IMG/VR virus record: IMGVR_UViG_3300020204_000005
Length of the DNA: 64,000 bases
Direction: 5' to 3' (one strand)
Source: a virus
Below, in pieces: positions 1 to 10,300 of the stretch (within the stretch, counting starts at the first letter, position 1; the number at the start of each line of letters is the position of its first letter). The notes under the pieces are model-generated. The model searched no databases and was not told the origin of the DNA. It was given only the letters and a program-made list of their open reading frames with translations. Position numbers and translations under genes: made by a program.

Positions 1-681
1 AGACCCGCTACCAAAATCAAATTTACCCCCAGGAACATTCATTAAATGAATCGCCTTTTTACCTTCGGGTAATGCGGTAATTCGATAAGTTAAATCACCA
101 CCAATAATTCTTCTTTGTATGTTTATTTGTTGCATTCTAAGTAACATATCAAAAGCTGGCATCATAAAGTAACTTCCTCCCATATTCCCCATTTGGGCGA
201 ATCCTCCCTGACCTCCGATACCTCCACCACCTAAAGTACCAAAAGACCATGGGTCAAATAAAAGGTTGTTCATTGGGGTCGGGGTAAACCATAATAATTC
301 ATTAATTTCTCTACCCGCTGGTATTTCATATATTTGTTTACCTCTTTCGAGATTAAAAAAATCTTTTTTAAGTACATAATCACCACCCGCTTGCAAACCA
401 ACAATTTTAGAATATGCGTAAGTATATCTTTCTTCATAATCTAAACTTTTTGTAATAAAAGCCCTTGATAATGACTGAGTATCAAGATTAAGATTATATA
501 ACGAAGTCCATTGAGATTCGATTAACCAATCTTGAACATATTGAGAATAATCCTCAATAGATAATTCTAAAATTGAATCTAGTTGTTCATCTTCTAACTC
601 AACCGACCTAAGAGGTGCTCCTAATGTATGTCTCAATTTAGTATATAGTTGAGTTCTTTCTGGTTCTGCGATAATTGACAT
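1..681 (-). CDS. Neck/head-completion protein, T4 gp13-like (partial, runs off the left edge; absent from the ORF track)
   Basis: Manual translation from the ATG at 681: MSIIAEPERTQLYTKLRHTLGAPLRSVELEDEQLDSILELSIEDYSQY..., open to position 1. The LGAP-x-x-x-VEL-x-x-EQ pattern matches the N-terminus of gp13-type neck proteins. A TATTTAT motif lies 15 nt upstream. Confidence 0.8.
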   Translation of the reverse strand, partial: MSIIAEPERTQLYTKLRHTLGAPLRSVELEDEQLDSILELSIEDYSQYVQDWLIESQWTSLYNLNLDTQSLSRAFITKSLDYEERYTYAYSKIVGLQAGGDYVLKKDFFNLERGKQIYEIPAGREINELLWFTPTPMNNLLFDPWSFGTLGGGGIGGQGGFAQMGNMGGSYFMMPAFDMLLRMQQINIQRRIIGGDLTYRITALPEGKKAIHLMNVPGGKFDFGSGS

Positions 682-702
682 GTTGACTTTTTATTATAAA
701 TA

Positions 703-2241
703 TCAACTTACTTCATAAATTAAATTCTCAATCGGGAAGGTATAGTTACCCTCAACTATTTTAGAATCTTTATTATTAAAAATTAATATACCTTTTTTAG
801 GATTTGCGAATATAATCCAATCAGTATCATATTTCTTAACTTGTCCTGTATTAAAAACTGTTATATTCCCGTTATCGGTTTTTATATAACTAAAAGGTTT
901 AATTTGTGAAGTTTTGGTTTCTCCATTGACGTTTACTTTACAATCAACACCCCCAATCATGTCTTCTTGACTACCTAAACCACCAATCCTTTCGATATTT
1001 TCCTCACCAAATTTCTTTTCAAGAACTTCTACAGTATAATCTTCCCTCTTATCACCTAAGTCATGTGTCAATCCTAAAGTCGACATTAAATTTTTGAACG
1101 TTCCTGAATTTTGATTAAATATTCTTGATTTATAATCATTTAAAAATCTTACAAATTTTTTAGTTTCACTTATTTGGACGTATGGTGGTTGACCTATAAT
1201 TTTTATTTCAGGTTTATTCATTGATTTTAAAACTTTATTAACATCAGTTAATAAAATACAAAAACAATTATAATTGGTGTTAAGTTTATTAATCACTGAC
1301 CTACCACTCCCTTCTAAATCATATATACCTGACATCTCACCTTCTTTGTACCCATTTTGACCATAATAATTATCGGGAAATACGTCTTTTAAAATTGAGT
1401 CAATGGCATACCGATAGGTTGTTTTAACTTTAGGATTAATGTTAAATACAAATCTGATAGCATCGTTCATCTCTTTACTACATTTCTCAGAAACACCTTC
1501 TTTTATTATTTGTCTAAACCCTACCGATTCATTTAATTTTGATGTCGATTTAGAATTAAATAACTTATTTACAAACTCCCAATTTACAGATTTCCAAAAG
1601 TTTTTAATATATTCATCTCTTTTATTTCTATATTTTAAATAATAAGCGTGTTCCCATAAATCAAGACCTAAAATAGGAAATCCTCCGTCTTGTACGACAT
1701 TCATTAATGGATTATCTTGGTTTGGTGTTGATATAATTTTTAAAGTGTTTTTATTATTTAGAACTAACCAAACCCATCCTGAACCAAATCTTTCTTTCGC
1801 TATTTCTTCAAATTTAGATTGGAATTTTTTATACGAACCAAAGTCTTTATTAATCCGATTCAAAACATCTCCAAAAGGTTTTTGAGTTTTAGGTGATAAC
1901 ATTTTCCAAAACAATGCGTGATTAAATGCACCACCAGCGTTATTTCTAATTGTTTTATCAAATTTACTGATAGTTTTAATAATTTCCTCTAACTCTAAAT
2001 CACCTCCTTTTTTCTTGGACAATGCTTTATTAAGTTTGTCTACATAACCCTTATAATGTTTATTATAATGGTATGACATGGTTTCGGAATCAATAAATTG
2101 TTTTAGTGCGGAGTAAGAATAAGGTAACTTCTCAATACCTATTTTTTTCATTTCAAACAAAAAGAACTTTTCATTTTCCTTTTGTTCTTGTAAGATTAAC
2201 GATTTATTTAAAATCTTAATCTTATTTTCAAATTTTTTCAT
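703..2241 (-). CDS. sodA: Mn-type (SodA-like) superoxide dismutase fused to a C-terminal PD-(D/E)xK/Mrr-like nuclease domain
   Basis: SOD motifs LPYSYSAL, HYNKHYKGY, NNAGGAFNHALFW, FGSGWVWL, TPNQDNP and DLWEHAYY. The GG and NQD residues are Mn-type signatures. An extra C-terminal region of about 270 aa contains GDKRE...EDMIGGVD...QIKP. Confidence 0.88.
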   Translation of the reverse strand: MKKFENKIKILNKSLILQEQKENEKFFLFEMKKIGIEKLPYSYSALKQFIDSETMSYHYNKHYKGYVDKLNKALSKKKGGDLELEEIIKTISKFDKTIRNNAGGAFNHALFWKMLSPKTQKPFGDVLNRINKDFGSYKKFQSKFEEIAKERFGSGWVWLVLNNKNTLKIISTPNQDNPLMNVVQDGGFPILGLDLWEHAYYLKYRNKRDEYIKNFWKSVNWEFVNKLFNSKSTSKLNESVGFRQIIKEGVSEKCSKEMNDAIRFVFNINPKVKTTYRYAIDSILKDVFPDNYYGQNGYKEGEMSGIYDLEGSGRSVINKLNTNYNCFCILLTDVNKVLKSMNKPEIKIIGQPPYVQISETKKFVRFLNDYKSRIFNQNSGTFKNLMSTLGLTHDLGDKREDYTVEVLEKKFGEENIERIGGLGSQEDMIGGVDCKVNVNGETKTSQIKPFSYIKTDNGNITVFNTGQVKKYDTDWIIFANPKKGILIFNNKDSKIVEGNYTFPIENLIYEVS

Positions 2242-2284
2242 ATGGCTATTAATAATATATCTATAAATAAGCCAATATTTTGAT

Positions 2285-4066
2285 TTATCTCAAACTGTTA
2301 ATTCTATTCATCATTTCCTCAACAACATCGGCCTTATCCAAATTGTCCCCCATGACGGTTTCAAAAATATTTTTCTTATTTGCTAAGATATCATAAATAA
2401 TCCCCTCAATAGTATTCTCAAATATTGGATAATAAACGGATACATTTGATTTTTGACCGTATCTATAAGCCCTATCTTCGGCTTGTGAGTGGTCAGATGG
2501 AACAAATGATAAGTCGTTCATAATAACCGCCTCACCCGCAGTTAAGGTTAACCCAACTCCTGCGGCTTTTAAGTTCCCAACAAAAACTTTTATTTTTTCG
2601 TTCTCTTGGAATTGGTCGACCGCATATTGTCTTTGTGGTTTACTTGTACTACCGTCTAATCTAACCGCTTGTTTTCCAAAATGGTCGGCAATTTTATTTA
2701 ATGTGTCGGTGAAATTTGTAAAAATTATTACCTTTTTATCTTGGTCTAAAATATTTTGAGCTAATTCTATAGTATTTTTTATTTTCTCTTCAGCAATTAC
2801 TTGTCTGACTTTCATAAGTTTAGAAAATTGAACAGTTAGTGAATTAGATTCTTCTTTTTTATTATCATACCAATCATAATATTCCCCCATTAAACCTTCG
2901 TAATGTTTTGATTTTAATCTTAAGTAAACAGGTGTAATGATTTTATCAGGTAAATCTAAGACCTCAGTCTTTAATCTCCTCAAAACTTGTCTTGAGGTTC
3001 TATCTCTTAATTCTTCTAAATTAGATGCTCCCGTAACGTTCCAAACTTTACGATTACCTGCTTTAAACTGATACCCTTGACAATATCTGATTGCGTAAGC
3101 CATCCAATTCTGAGCTACAGGACTTTCAATTAAATTTAATAAGTTAAAATAATTCATCGGTCTTGAGGTCATAGGTGTACCAGTAAGTAACCATAATCTT
3201 TCCGCCCTTTTACTAAAACTATTCACTAATTTGGTTCGTTGTGCCTGACCATTTTGGATGTAATGGGCTTCGTCAATTATAACCAAATCGGGATTAAATT
3301 GGTAAATCAAAGTGTTTTCTTTTTCTTTACCTGTATCATAAAAATTTCTAAGAATATCGTAATTAACAATTACAAAATCATGTTCTAAAGAGAAATTTTT
3401 ACTTTCCGCAATATAAACTGACCTATCAGTATAATTTGCAATCTCTCGTTGCCAATTTATTTTTAATGATGCGGGACATACAATTAGTATTCGTTTAGCT
3501 TTAGTCTCTAAAGCGGCAACTATTGTTGCGGTTGTTTTACCTAAACCCATATCATCCGCTAAGATAAATCTTTTTGAACCCGCAAGTTTTTCGACTGCAG
3601 GAATTTGGTGTGATAATAGAGGTCTATGAGAATATTTAGAATAATCAATCTCTACTTTTTCTACTTTATGAGTTTTCATTATCGCTCCTTTTGGTAACCA
3701 AAAATCGTGCAAAGATTCCGTTTCAAATACCTTACCCCAAATATGATATGATTTTTCTTTTTCAGTTAATAATTTCTCAACCCAAACTTGTTCAGGTATT
3801 GTGGTATAAAGTTTTTCATCAGCAATTTTTTTCGCAAAATACGGGTCCAACTCAACCCATTTTTTTGCCACTTTGGGTTGTGTCTCATGAAAATTTATAA
3901 TGTAATCCGATTGGGAACGGGTGGGGTAAAACTTTTTATTATTTTCTTTTTTATGTTTTAAATTTAATATAAAATTATTACTCCCTAAGTAGTTACCAAG
4001 AATTTCTAAAGCCCTCATCTCAATTAATGATGAGGTGTTACCTGTTATTACTTTATCTATTGACAT
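2285..4066 (-). CDS. SNF2-family (SMARCAL1/HARP-like) superfamily 2 helicase/ATPase
   Basis: Motifs ILADDMGLGKT (I), IIDEAH (II), LLTGTP (III), GVGLTL (V) and QAEDRAYRYGQ (VI). Confidence 0.93.
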   Translation of the reverse strand: MSIDKVITGNTSSLIEMRALEILGNYLGSNNFILNLKHKKENNKKFYPTRSQSDYIINFHETQPKVAKKWVELDPYFAKKIADEKLYTTIPEQVWVEKLLTEKEKSYHIWGKVFETESLHDFWLPKGAIMKTHKVEKVEIDYSKYSHRPLLSHQIPAVEKLAGSKRFILADDMGLGKTTATIVAALETKAKRILIVCPASLKINWQREIANYTDRSVYIAESKNFSLEHDFVIVNYDILRNFYDTGKEKENTLIYQFNPDLVIIDEAHYIQNGQAQRTKLVNSFSKRAERLWLLTGTPMTSRPMNYFNLLNLIESPVAQNWMAYAIRYCQGYQFKAGNRKVWNVTGASNLEELRDRTSRQVLRRLKTEVLDLPDKIITPVYLRLKSKHYEGLMGEYYDWYDNKKEESNSLTVQFSKLMKVRQVIAEEKIKNTIELAQNILDQDKKVIIFTNFTDTLNKIADHFGKQAVRLDGSTSKPQRQYAVDQFQENEKIKVFVGNLKAAGVGLTLTAGEAVIMNDLSFVPSDHSQAEDRAYRYGQKSNVSVYYPIFENTIEGIIYDILANKKNIFETVMGDNLDKADVVEEMMNRINSLR

Positions 4067-4106
4067 TATATATCTATAAAAATAATAATTATTTAGATAT
4101 TTATCA

Positions 4107-4622
4107 ATGATGAATAATAAAGTCCCAATAACAAGAGTAGGAAAATTTTTTGGTTCCGATGATTATAACTTAGATTTATCTATAGGTGAAGAATGGTTAT
4201 ATGGTGACATGAATTTTACTTTAGTATTATACAGAATTGATAGAATCAAAACTAAAACTGATGATGTATACGGAGAATCTTTAAAAGACGGGATTAAATT
4301 TTTACCTCCTGTCGAATTTAAAGGTTATGTTCAAATAATGGCCCCTGAAAATAAAAATATTGGAACTTCTAAAGTTAACCAATTTGAGCCAGGTAATATA
4401 AAGGTTTCAGTTTATACTAAACACTTGGAGGAACTTGGTGTAGACATAAGTCATGGTGATTACCTTGGTTATTATGAAACTGAAGATAGAGTTAGATACT
4501 ATGTTGTTAACAATGATGGTAGGGTAATTTCAGATAATAAACATAATTACGCGGGATACAAACCGTACTATAGAACTATTATGGGTTCTGCAGTAACCGA
4601 TAATGAATTTAGAGGATTATGA
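4107..4622 (+). CDS. Neck/head-closure protein, T4 gp14-like
   Basis: 171 aa with a DDVYGE...F-x-PPVE pattern. It sits between gp13-like and gp15-like genes upstream of the sheath. Confidence 0.65.
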   Translation: MMNNKVPITRVGKFFGSDDYNLDLSIGEEWLYGDMNFTLVLYRIDRIKTKTDDVYGESLKDGIKFLPPVEFKGYVQIMAPENKNIGTSKVNQFEPGNIKVSVYTKHLEELGVDISHGDYLGYYETEDRVRYYVVNNDGRVISDNKHNYAGYKPYYRTIMGSAVTDNEFRGL

Positions 4623-6064
4623 AAATAGTACTAACAGAAACTCAAATATTAAAATTACTTGAAAGAGTTAATTCAGGTAAGGTTACTTGTGATAAATGTG
4701 GTCATAACAATTCTGAAGAAGATTATATCGGTAAAAACGTAATGGTTTATTATAATTTACACAAACATACATTTTCTGTTACATATAAATCTAAAGTTAT
4801 TTTACACGCCGATTACGTTAAACTTAAAGATGTTGAGTTTAGAGTTCGAGGAGGTGGTAAAGAAAAAGTTAGAAATGAAAAAAGAAAAAATGTTCATGCT
4901 TTTGTAATTGGTAAATTAGAAGATTATTGTGAGTTTCCTTGTAATAAAATACCCGATGAAAAATCGGATAAAGTAATTACATACGACCCATACAAATACG
5001 ATTCGTTTGTTTATAAAAATAGTAAAGAACCTGTATATAAAGCGAAAGAGGTCGATATGATTAATCATAAAAATAAAATTTTTGTAATTAATGAAATCAA
5101 ATCGAAAATAATTAAAGAATCTGAAGAAGAACAACCAACAAAATACACATATTTGACAATGGGTCTTTTTGAAAAGTTCAACACCAAAAGGTATTATTTT
5201 AATAAGATAGTTCCCGTTGTTGATGGCTCACCAATACCTAACAAAATTAAGATGTATGGTAGCGATGGTGATTTTGAATTTAATAAAGAAGATATTACTA
5301 TAAATCAAGATGAGGGGGTTGCCTTTATTAGTAAATCAACTATGGATAGTTTAAATCCTAATTTTAGTATGACTAATCATTCTAAATTATCCTCTTCAAT
5401 TGGGATTACTCCGTCAAACGTAAGACAGTCTTTAGAAATGGCCTTTCCTGATAATTGGAATAAAGGAGATAGTTTATATACTCCAGGTTTAAGAGGTGTG
5501 TACACTATAGGTGAAAAAATGGGGAACTCTGAAGAGGATTGGTCAATTATGAATTATTTTGATACTAAAGATGAAATACATAGTTTAATTTACTTAAAAT
5601 ATTTTGACGATATAAAATCAGGAAAAAATATTAACGATATCATCGAATGGATGTCCGATTTATTTAAAAATGAAGAATACACACAAATGTTAGTTGATAG
5701 ACAATGGAGCTCCATAAAAAATGGTTTAGAATTGGAAAAAATGTCTGTTAATAACTTTTTAGACAAGGTTGGGTCTTCTAATATCATTTATTATCCTCAT
5801 GGTTCTAAGATGGATAGGTGGTTAGGTGTTGACGTTACAATTGATGGTGTTAATTACCAAATTAAACCATTAAAGGGGTTTATTGTTAACGATGGTCTTT
5901 ACAGTGTTAGTACTTATGGTATGAGAGATTACACAACAAAAAAATCTGTAGATAAAATTGCGTTCTCAAGTAAATCAAAAACATTAATATTTGATAACAA
6001 AGATTATACAGTGATTAGTAAAACAAGAGTTGTTTTTAAAGAAGAACCGTTAATAATAGAATAA
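4619..6064 (+). CDS. Mosaic hypothetical protein: conserved phage domain (VYYNLHK...KRKNVHAFVIG), a middle region, and a C-terminal Mrr-like nuclease domain paralogous to that of the SOD fusion
   Basis: N-terminus MKIVLTETQILKLLE. The C-terminal part contains FPDNW...GVY...SIMNYFDT and GLELE...DRWLGVD...QIKP...LIFDNKD. Confidence 0.6.
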   Translation: MKIVLTETQILKLLERVNSGKVTCDKCGHNNSEEDYIGKNVMVYYNLHKHTFSVTYKSKVILHADYVKLKDVEFRVRGGGKEKVRNEKRKNVHAFVIGKLEDYCEFPCNKIPDEKSDKVITYDPYKYDSFVYKNSKEPVYKAKEVDMINHKNKIFVINEIKSKIIKESEEEQPTKYTYLTMGLFEKFNTKRYYFNKIVPVVDGSPIPNKIKMYGSDGDFEFNKEDITINQDEGVAFISKSTMDSLNPNFSMTNHSKLSSSIGITPSNVRQSLEMAFPDNWNKGDSLYTPGLRGVYTIGEKMGNSEEDWSIMNYFDTKDEIHSLIYLKYFDDIKSGKNINDIIEWMSDLFKNEEYTQMLVDRQWSSIKNGLELEKMSVNNFLDKVGSSNIIYYPHGSKMDRWLGVDVTIDGVNYQIKPLKGFIVNDGLYSVSTYGMRDYTTKKSVDKIAFSSKSKTLIFDNKDYTVISKTRVVFKEEPLIIE

Positions 6065-6065
6065 G

Positions 6066-7103
6066 ATGCCGTTACCAAAGAAAATAAAAAAATATATTCC
6101 ATTAACAGAGTCTAAAACTTTGTTACCTAGAAGACAAGAATTATTAGATAAAATTAATAAGGACGGTACCTATTTACCTAAATCAATTTTACATGCCGAT
6201 TTAGATAAAGGATTTTTAGAATTTGTTAAAGAAGAATTAAAGTGTGTTGTTGAGGGAACTACCATACCAATGGTCGATATAATAATCACAACACAAAATT
6301 GGTCTCAGTTTGTTGAAACTTGGGATTTTCAAAATATAGATAAAAATGCCGAACCTCCATTTCTGACAGTAATAAGAGTTCCTGAAGTTAAATTTGGGAC
6401 CAATCCTGCGGTTCTATACAACATTCCTAATAGAAGACAATATTTTTATGCTCAAGTACCAACTTGGGACGGTCAAAGAGCAGGTATGGACATTTATAAG
6501 ATACCCCAACCTGTTCCTGTGGATATAACTTATCAAGTTAAGATAGTTTGTAATAGAATGAGGGAACTTAATAGATTCAATCAGATTGTGATAGAAAAAT
6601 TTGCATCAAAACAAGCGTACCAAGTTATTAAAGGTCACTACATTCCTATTGTCATGGGTAATATTTCTGACGAATCTGTTATGGACATTGAGAAAAGAAA
6701 ATATTATATACAAACTTACGAATTTACAATGTTAGGTTTTTTAATTGATGAGGATGAATTTGAAATTTCTCCAGCAGTAACTAGATTACTACAGGTTGTT
6801 GAGGTTGATACTAAAACATCAAGAAGGCAAGTGAAGATGAATTCTAATATTGAAAAGGAACCTAATGAAGTTTTATTTGTTATCGGTAATGATACTATAT
6901 CACAAGTTTTTGATTATGTTGCCGATATTAAAATAGTTGGTTCTGAAAATATCAGTGAATATGATGTGTTTATAAACAACAATTATTATGGTACTGATAT
7001 TACGGATATACAAATCAATACCAATGATATTCTTAAATTTGTTATTAATAAAACCAATGTTAATTCAGAATCTAAAATATTCATATACGGAATCTTAATT
7101 TAA
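6066..7103 (+). CDS. Tail terminator/sheath stabiliser, T4 gp15-like
   Basis: Contains PVPVDITYQVKIVCNRMRELN and lies just upstream of the sheath, after the gp14-like gene. Confidence 0.7.
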   Translation: MPLPKKIKKYIPLTESKTLLPRRQELLDKINKDGTYLPKSILHADLDKGFLEFVKEELKCVVEGTTIPMVDIIITTQNWSQFVETWDFQNIDKNAEPPFLTVIRVPEVKFGTNPAVLYNIPNRRQYFYAQVPTWDGQRAGMDIYKIPQPVPVDITYQVKIVCNRMRELNRFNQIVIEKFASKQAYQVIKGHYIPIVMGNISDESVMDIEKRKYYIQTYEFTMLGFLIDEDEFEISPAVTRLLQVVEVDTKTSRRQVKMNSNIEKEPNEVLFVIGNDTISQVFDYVADIKIVGSENISEYDVFINNNYYGTDITDIQINTNDILKFVINKTNVNSESKIFIYGILI

Positions 7104-7264
7104 TTCTCTCCGTAAATATCTTTCTTTTCTTTACATTTTTCAGTAATCATCTTTTCTAAGAAACGATACATTTTAATACCGTGTTTTTCACAATACTTTT
7201 TTAATAGGTCGTGAACCTCGGTTGATATCTTTAAATTCTTTATCTTTTTAACCTCTTTAGACAT
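7100..7264 (-). CDS. Small (54 aa) putative ribbon-helix-helix DNA-binding protein (below the ORF-track length cutoff)
   Basis: Manual translation: MSKEVKKIKNLKISTEVHDLLKKYCEKHGIKMYRFLEKMITEKCKEKKDIYGEN*. It shows an alternating beta-strand (KNLKIS) followed by two amphipathic helices separated by G. Confidence 0.6.
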   Translation of the reverse strand: MSKEVKKIKNLKISTEVHDLLKKYCEKHGIKMYRFLEKMITEKCKEKKDIYGEN

Positions 7265-7386
7265 AGTAGAAAAAAGGCAGAATTTATTCTACCCAATTTA
7301 TAAATAGTTGCAAGAAAGTAAAGTATTTTGGTTTTTTAGTGAATATTTATCAATAAAATAAATTAACAAGCTAAATTAAAAAAATA

Positions 7387-10300
7387 ATGGCATCTAACAA
7401 CAAAGTATTCGTATCTCCTGGAGTGTATACATCTGAGGTTGATTTAAGTTTCGTAGCCCAAAGTGTTGGGGTTACAACGTTAGGTATCGTTGGTGAGACT
7501 TTAAAAGGTCCAGCATTCGAACCAATCTTTATTAGAAACTTTGATGAATTCACTACATTTTTTGGAGGAGTATCCCCTGAAAAATTCATTAATACACAAA
7601 TACCTAAATATGAGGGGGCTTATATTGCAAAATCATATTTACAACAATCTAACCAATTGTTTGTAACGAGAGTTTTAGGTTTATCAGGTTATGATGCGGG
7701 TCCTTCATGGACTATATCAACAAAGGCAAATGTTGACCCATCAACTGTAGGGTTTTATTGTGAAGACCCTGTTATTGAGAATTGTGAACCTAAATGTAAT
7801 GATTACTTAACAATTGACTACTCAATTGATTTCACAGGTTGTACTAATAGTGTGGACAGTATTAAATTTATCAACCCATCACAAATACCTGATGAAATTG
7901 CTGAAAAGATGAATTTACCCTATGAAAAATTTGATGGTAGTACGTCAACAATATATGGTGATATGACAAGTCAAATTATTGATATCTTAACTGATAATAC
8001 ATTAGAAACATCTTCAATATATTATTACGGAGCGATTTCAGGTGAAACTTATGATACATTATCACCAGTGTTTACCGCAGAAACTAATGTTTTTGGTGTT
8101 GACAATGTTAGTTCTTCATTAATAAATTTTTCAGCGTCAGTTAACGACCCTTGGTATTATGCAACTTTTGATAATATAGGTAATGCACTTTATAGTGGTT
8201 ATTCGTTTTGGAGTATTGTTACTGATTTGGCATTAATTCCTGTAACGACCACTACAACATTAACACCTTCAACAACTACTACAACTACTAACCCTTGTGT
8301 TACACCAATCCCAACATCAACTACTACAACAACAACTGCTAAACCTGTTAATTGTTATACAGGTAAGTTAATTGGTAGATTGTATATCTATTCAGGTACT
8401 GCATACACTGACTATGATGATTTAGTAATTGCAACATTACGTTCTAGAGGTTTAGCAACTTATGGCACTGATGACGGCGCGGTATATGAAGTTTCAGGGT
8501 TAACAGATGTTGAAATGGTTTGTGGTAATGAATATTCAGGAGTTACTAAAAACCCTTACTCAACTTTCGGTTTAAATGTTACAAATAAAAATGGTGAGAA
8601 ATTCTTCTTTGAAACATCGTTTTCTAATTCAGATACTAAATACTTAACTAAAGTATTTGGTTCGTCTAACTTCGCAAAACCTAAAGATGTAGTACCGTTA
8701 TTTGTTGAGGAAAGATTCCAAGCATTATTAAACTACGCGTGGAGAAAAGGTTATATTAGAGGATTAAATTGTGAATTAACTGCATTACCAAATGCTAGAC
8801 AAGGAAATGACCCAACATCAATCGCATGGTATTTAGAAAAATACCAATCACCGATGTCCCCTTGGGTTGTGTCTGAATTAAGAGGTAACAAAGTTTATAA
8901 ATTATTTAAATTCACAACAATTGCTGATGGTAACGAGGCTAACATAGAAGTTAAAATATCAATCGCAAATATTTCATTCAGTAATGGAACATTTGATGTG
9001 ATTGTTAGAGATTTCTTTGACTCAGATGCTGCCCCTTCAGTTATCGAAAAGTTTACTAACTGTTCAATGGACCCAGGCCAAAATAACTTTATTGCTAAAA
9101 AAATAGGAACTGTTGACGGTGAGTACGCGTTAAATTCTAAATATATTATGGTTGAGATAAACGAGGACGCTCCTGTAGACGCTTTACCTTGTGGATTTGA
9201 GGGATACCAATTTAGAGAATACGCGGGTGTAAGACCTCCATTCCCTATCTATAAAACTAAATATGACTTCCCTGGTGAAGTTGTATATAACCCACCTTTT
9301 GGTTTGTCTTCAGGAGCTGATGATATCGTAAGAAGTGCGGGTGATAACATTAGAAGAACATACTTAGGTATCTCAGATACAGTAGGATTTGACGTTGATT
9401 TTTATTCATATAAAGGTAAACAACTACCATTAGATATTTGTACTGATGTAACAGGTGATGATTGGTTCTATAAATCGAGAGGTTTCCACATGGACATAAA
9501 TGCTTCAGGTATAACAATTGGTAATGGTTTCATTACAAGTGGTACACCAGCATTCTTTGTAGGTTCTGCACCATTTACAACAGACCCTGAAGATTCTTCT
9601 AACCCATATTTTAGATTGTTTGCACGTAAATTTAGTTTACTATGTTCAGGTGGTTTTGACGGATGGGACATTTATAGAGAGAGTAGAACTAATGGAGATA
9701 AATTTGCATTAGGACAACCAGGTTATAGAAAAGGGTCATGTCCATCATTTAAATACCCAAGTGCTACAGGTTGGGGTGCGTTTAAACAAATTACTGTTGG
9801 TGACAACACACAAGATTGGGCGAACACCGACTATTACGCATACTTATTAGGTCAAAGGTCTTTTGCAAATCCTGAAGCGGTTAATATTAACGTATTTGTT
9901 ACACCTGGTATTGATTACGTCAATCACTCAAACTTAGTTGAAGACGCTATAGATATGGTCGAGAACGATAGAGCGGATTCAGTCTATATTTGTACAACCC
10001 CTGACTACAATATGTTTGTACCATCTACGGGTGACCAATTAGACTTTATTTACCCACAAGAAGCGGTAGATAATCTTGAGGAGGCAGGTTTAGACTCTAA
10101 CTATACCGCAACATATTACCCTTGGGTACTTACAAGAGATACCGTTAATAACACACAAATTTACATCCCACCAACTGCGGAAGTAACGAGGAACTTAGCG
10201 TTAACGGATAACATCGCATTCCCTTGGTTCGCCGCGGCGGGTTACACAAGAGGTATTGTAAACGCTATCAAAGCGAGAAAGAAACTTACTCAAGAAGATA

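Noticed and set aside
2262-2269. TATAAATA read as a T4-type late promoter on the + strand
   Set aside because: It would point into the end of the convergent SNF2 gene. Across the window the element is consistently oriented as TATTTAT on the coding strand, so it is treated as that motif.
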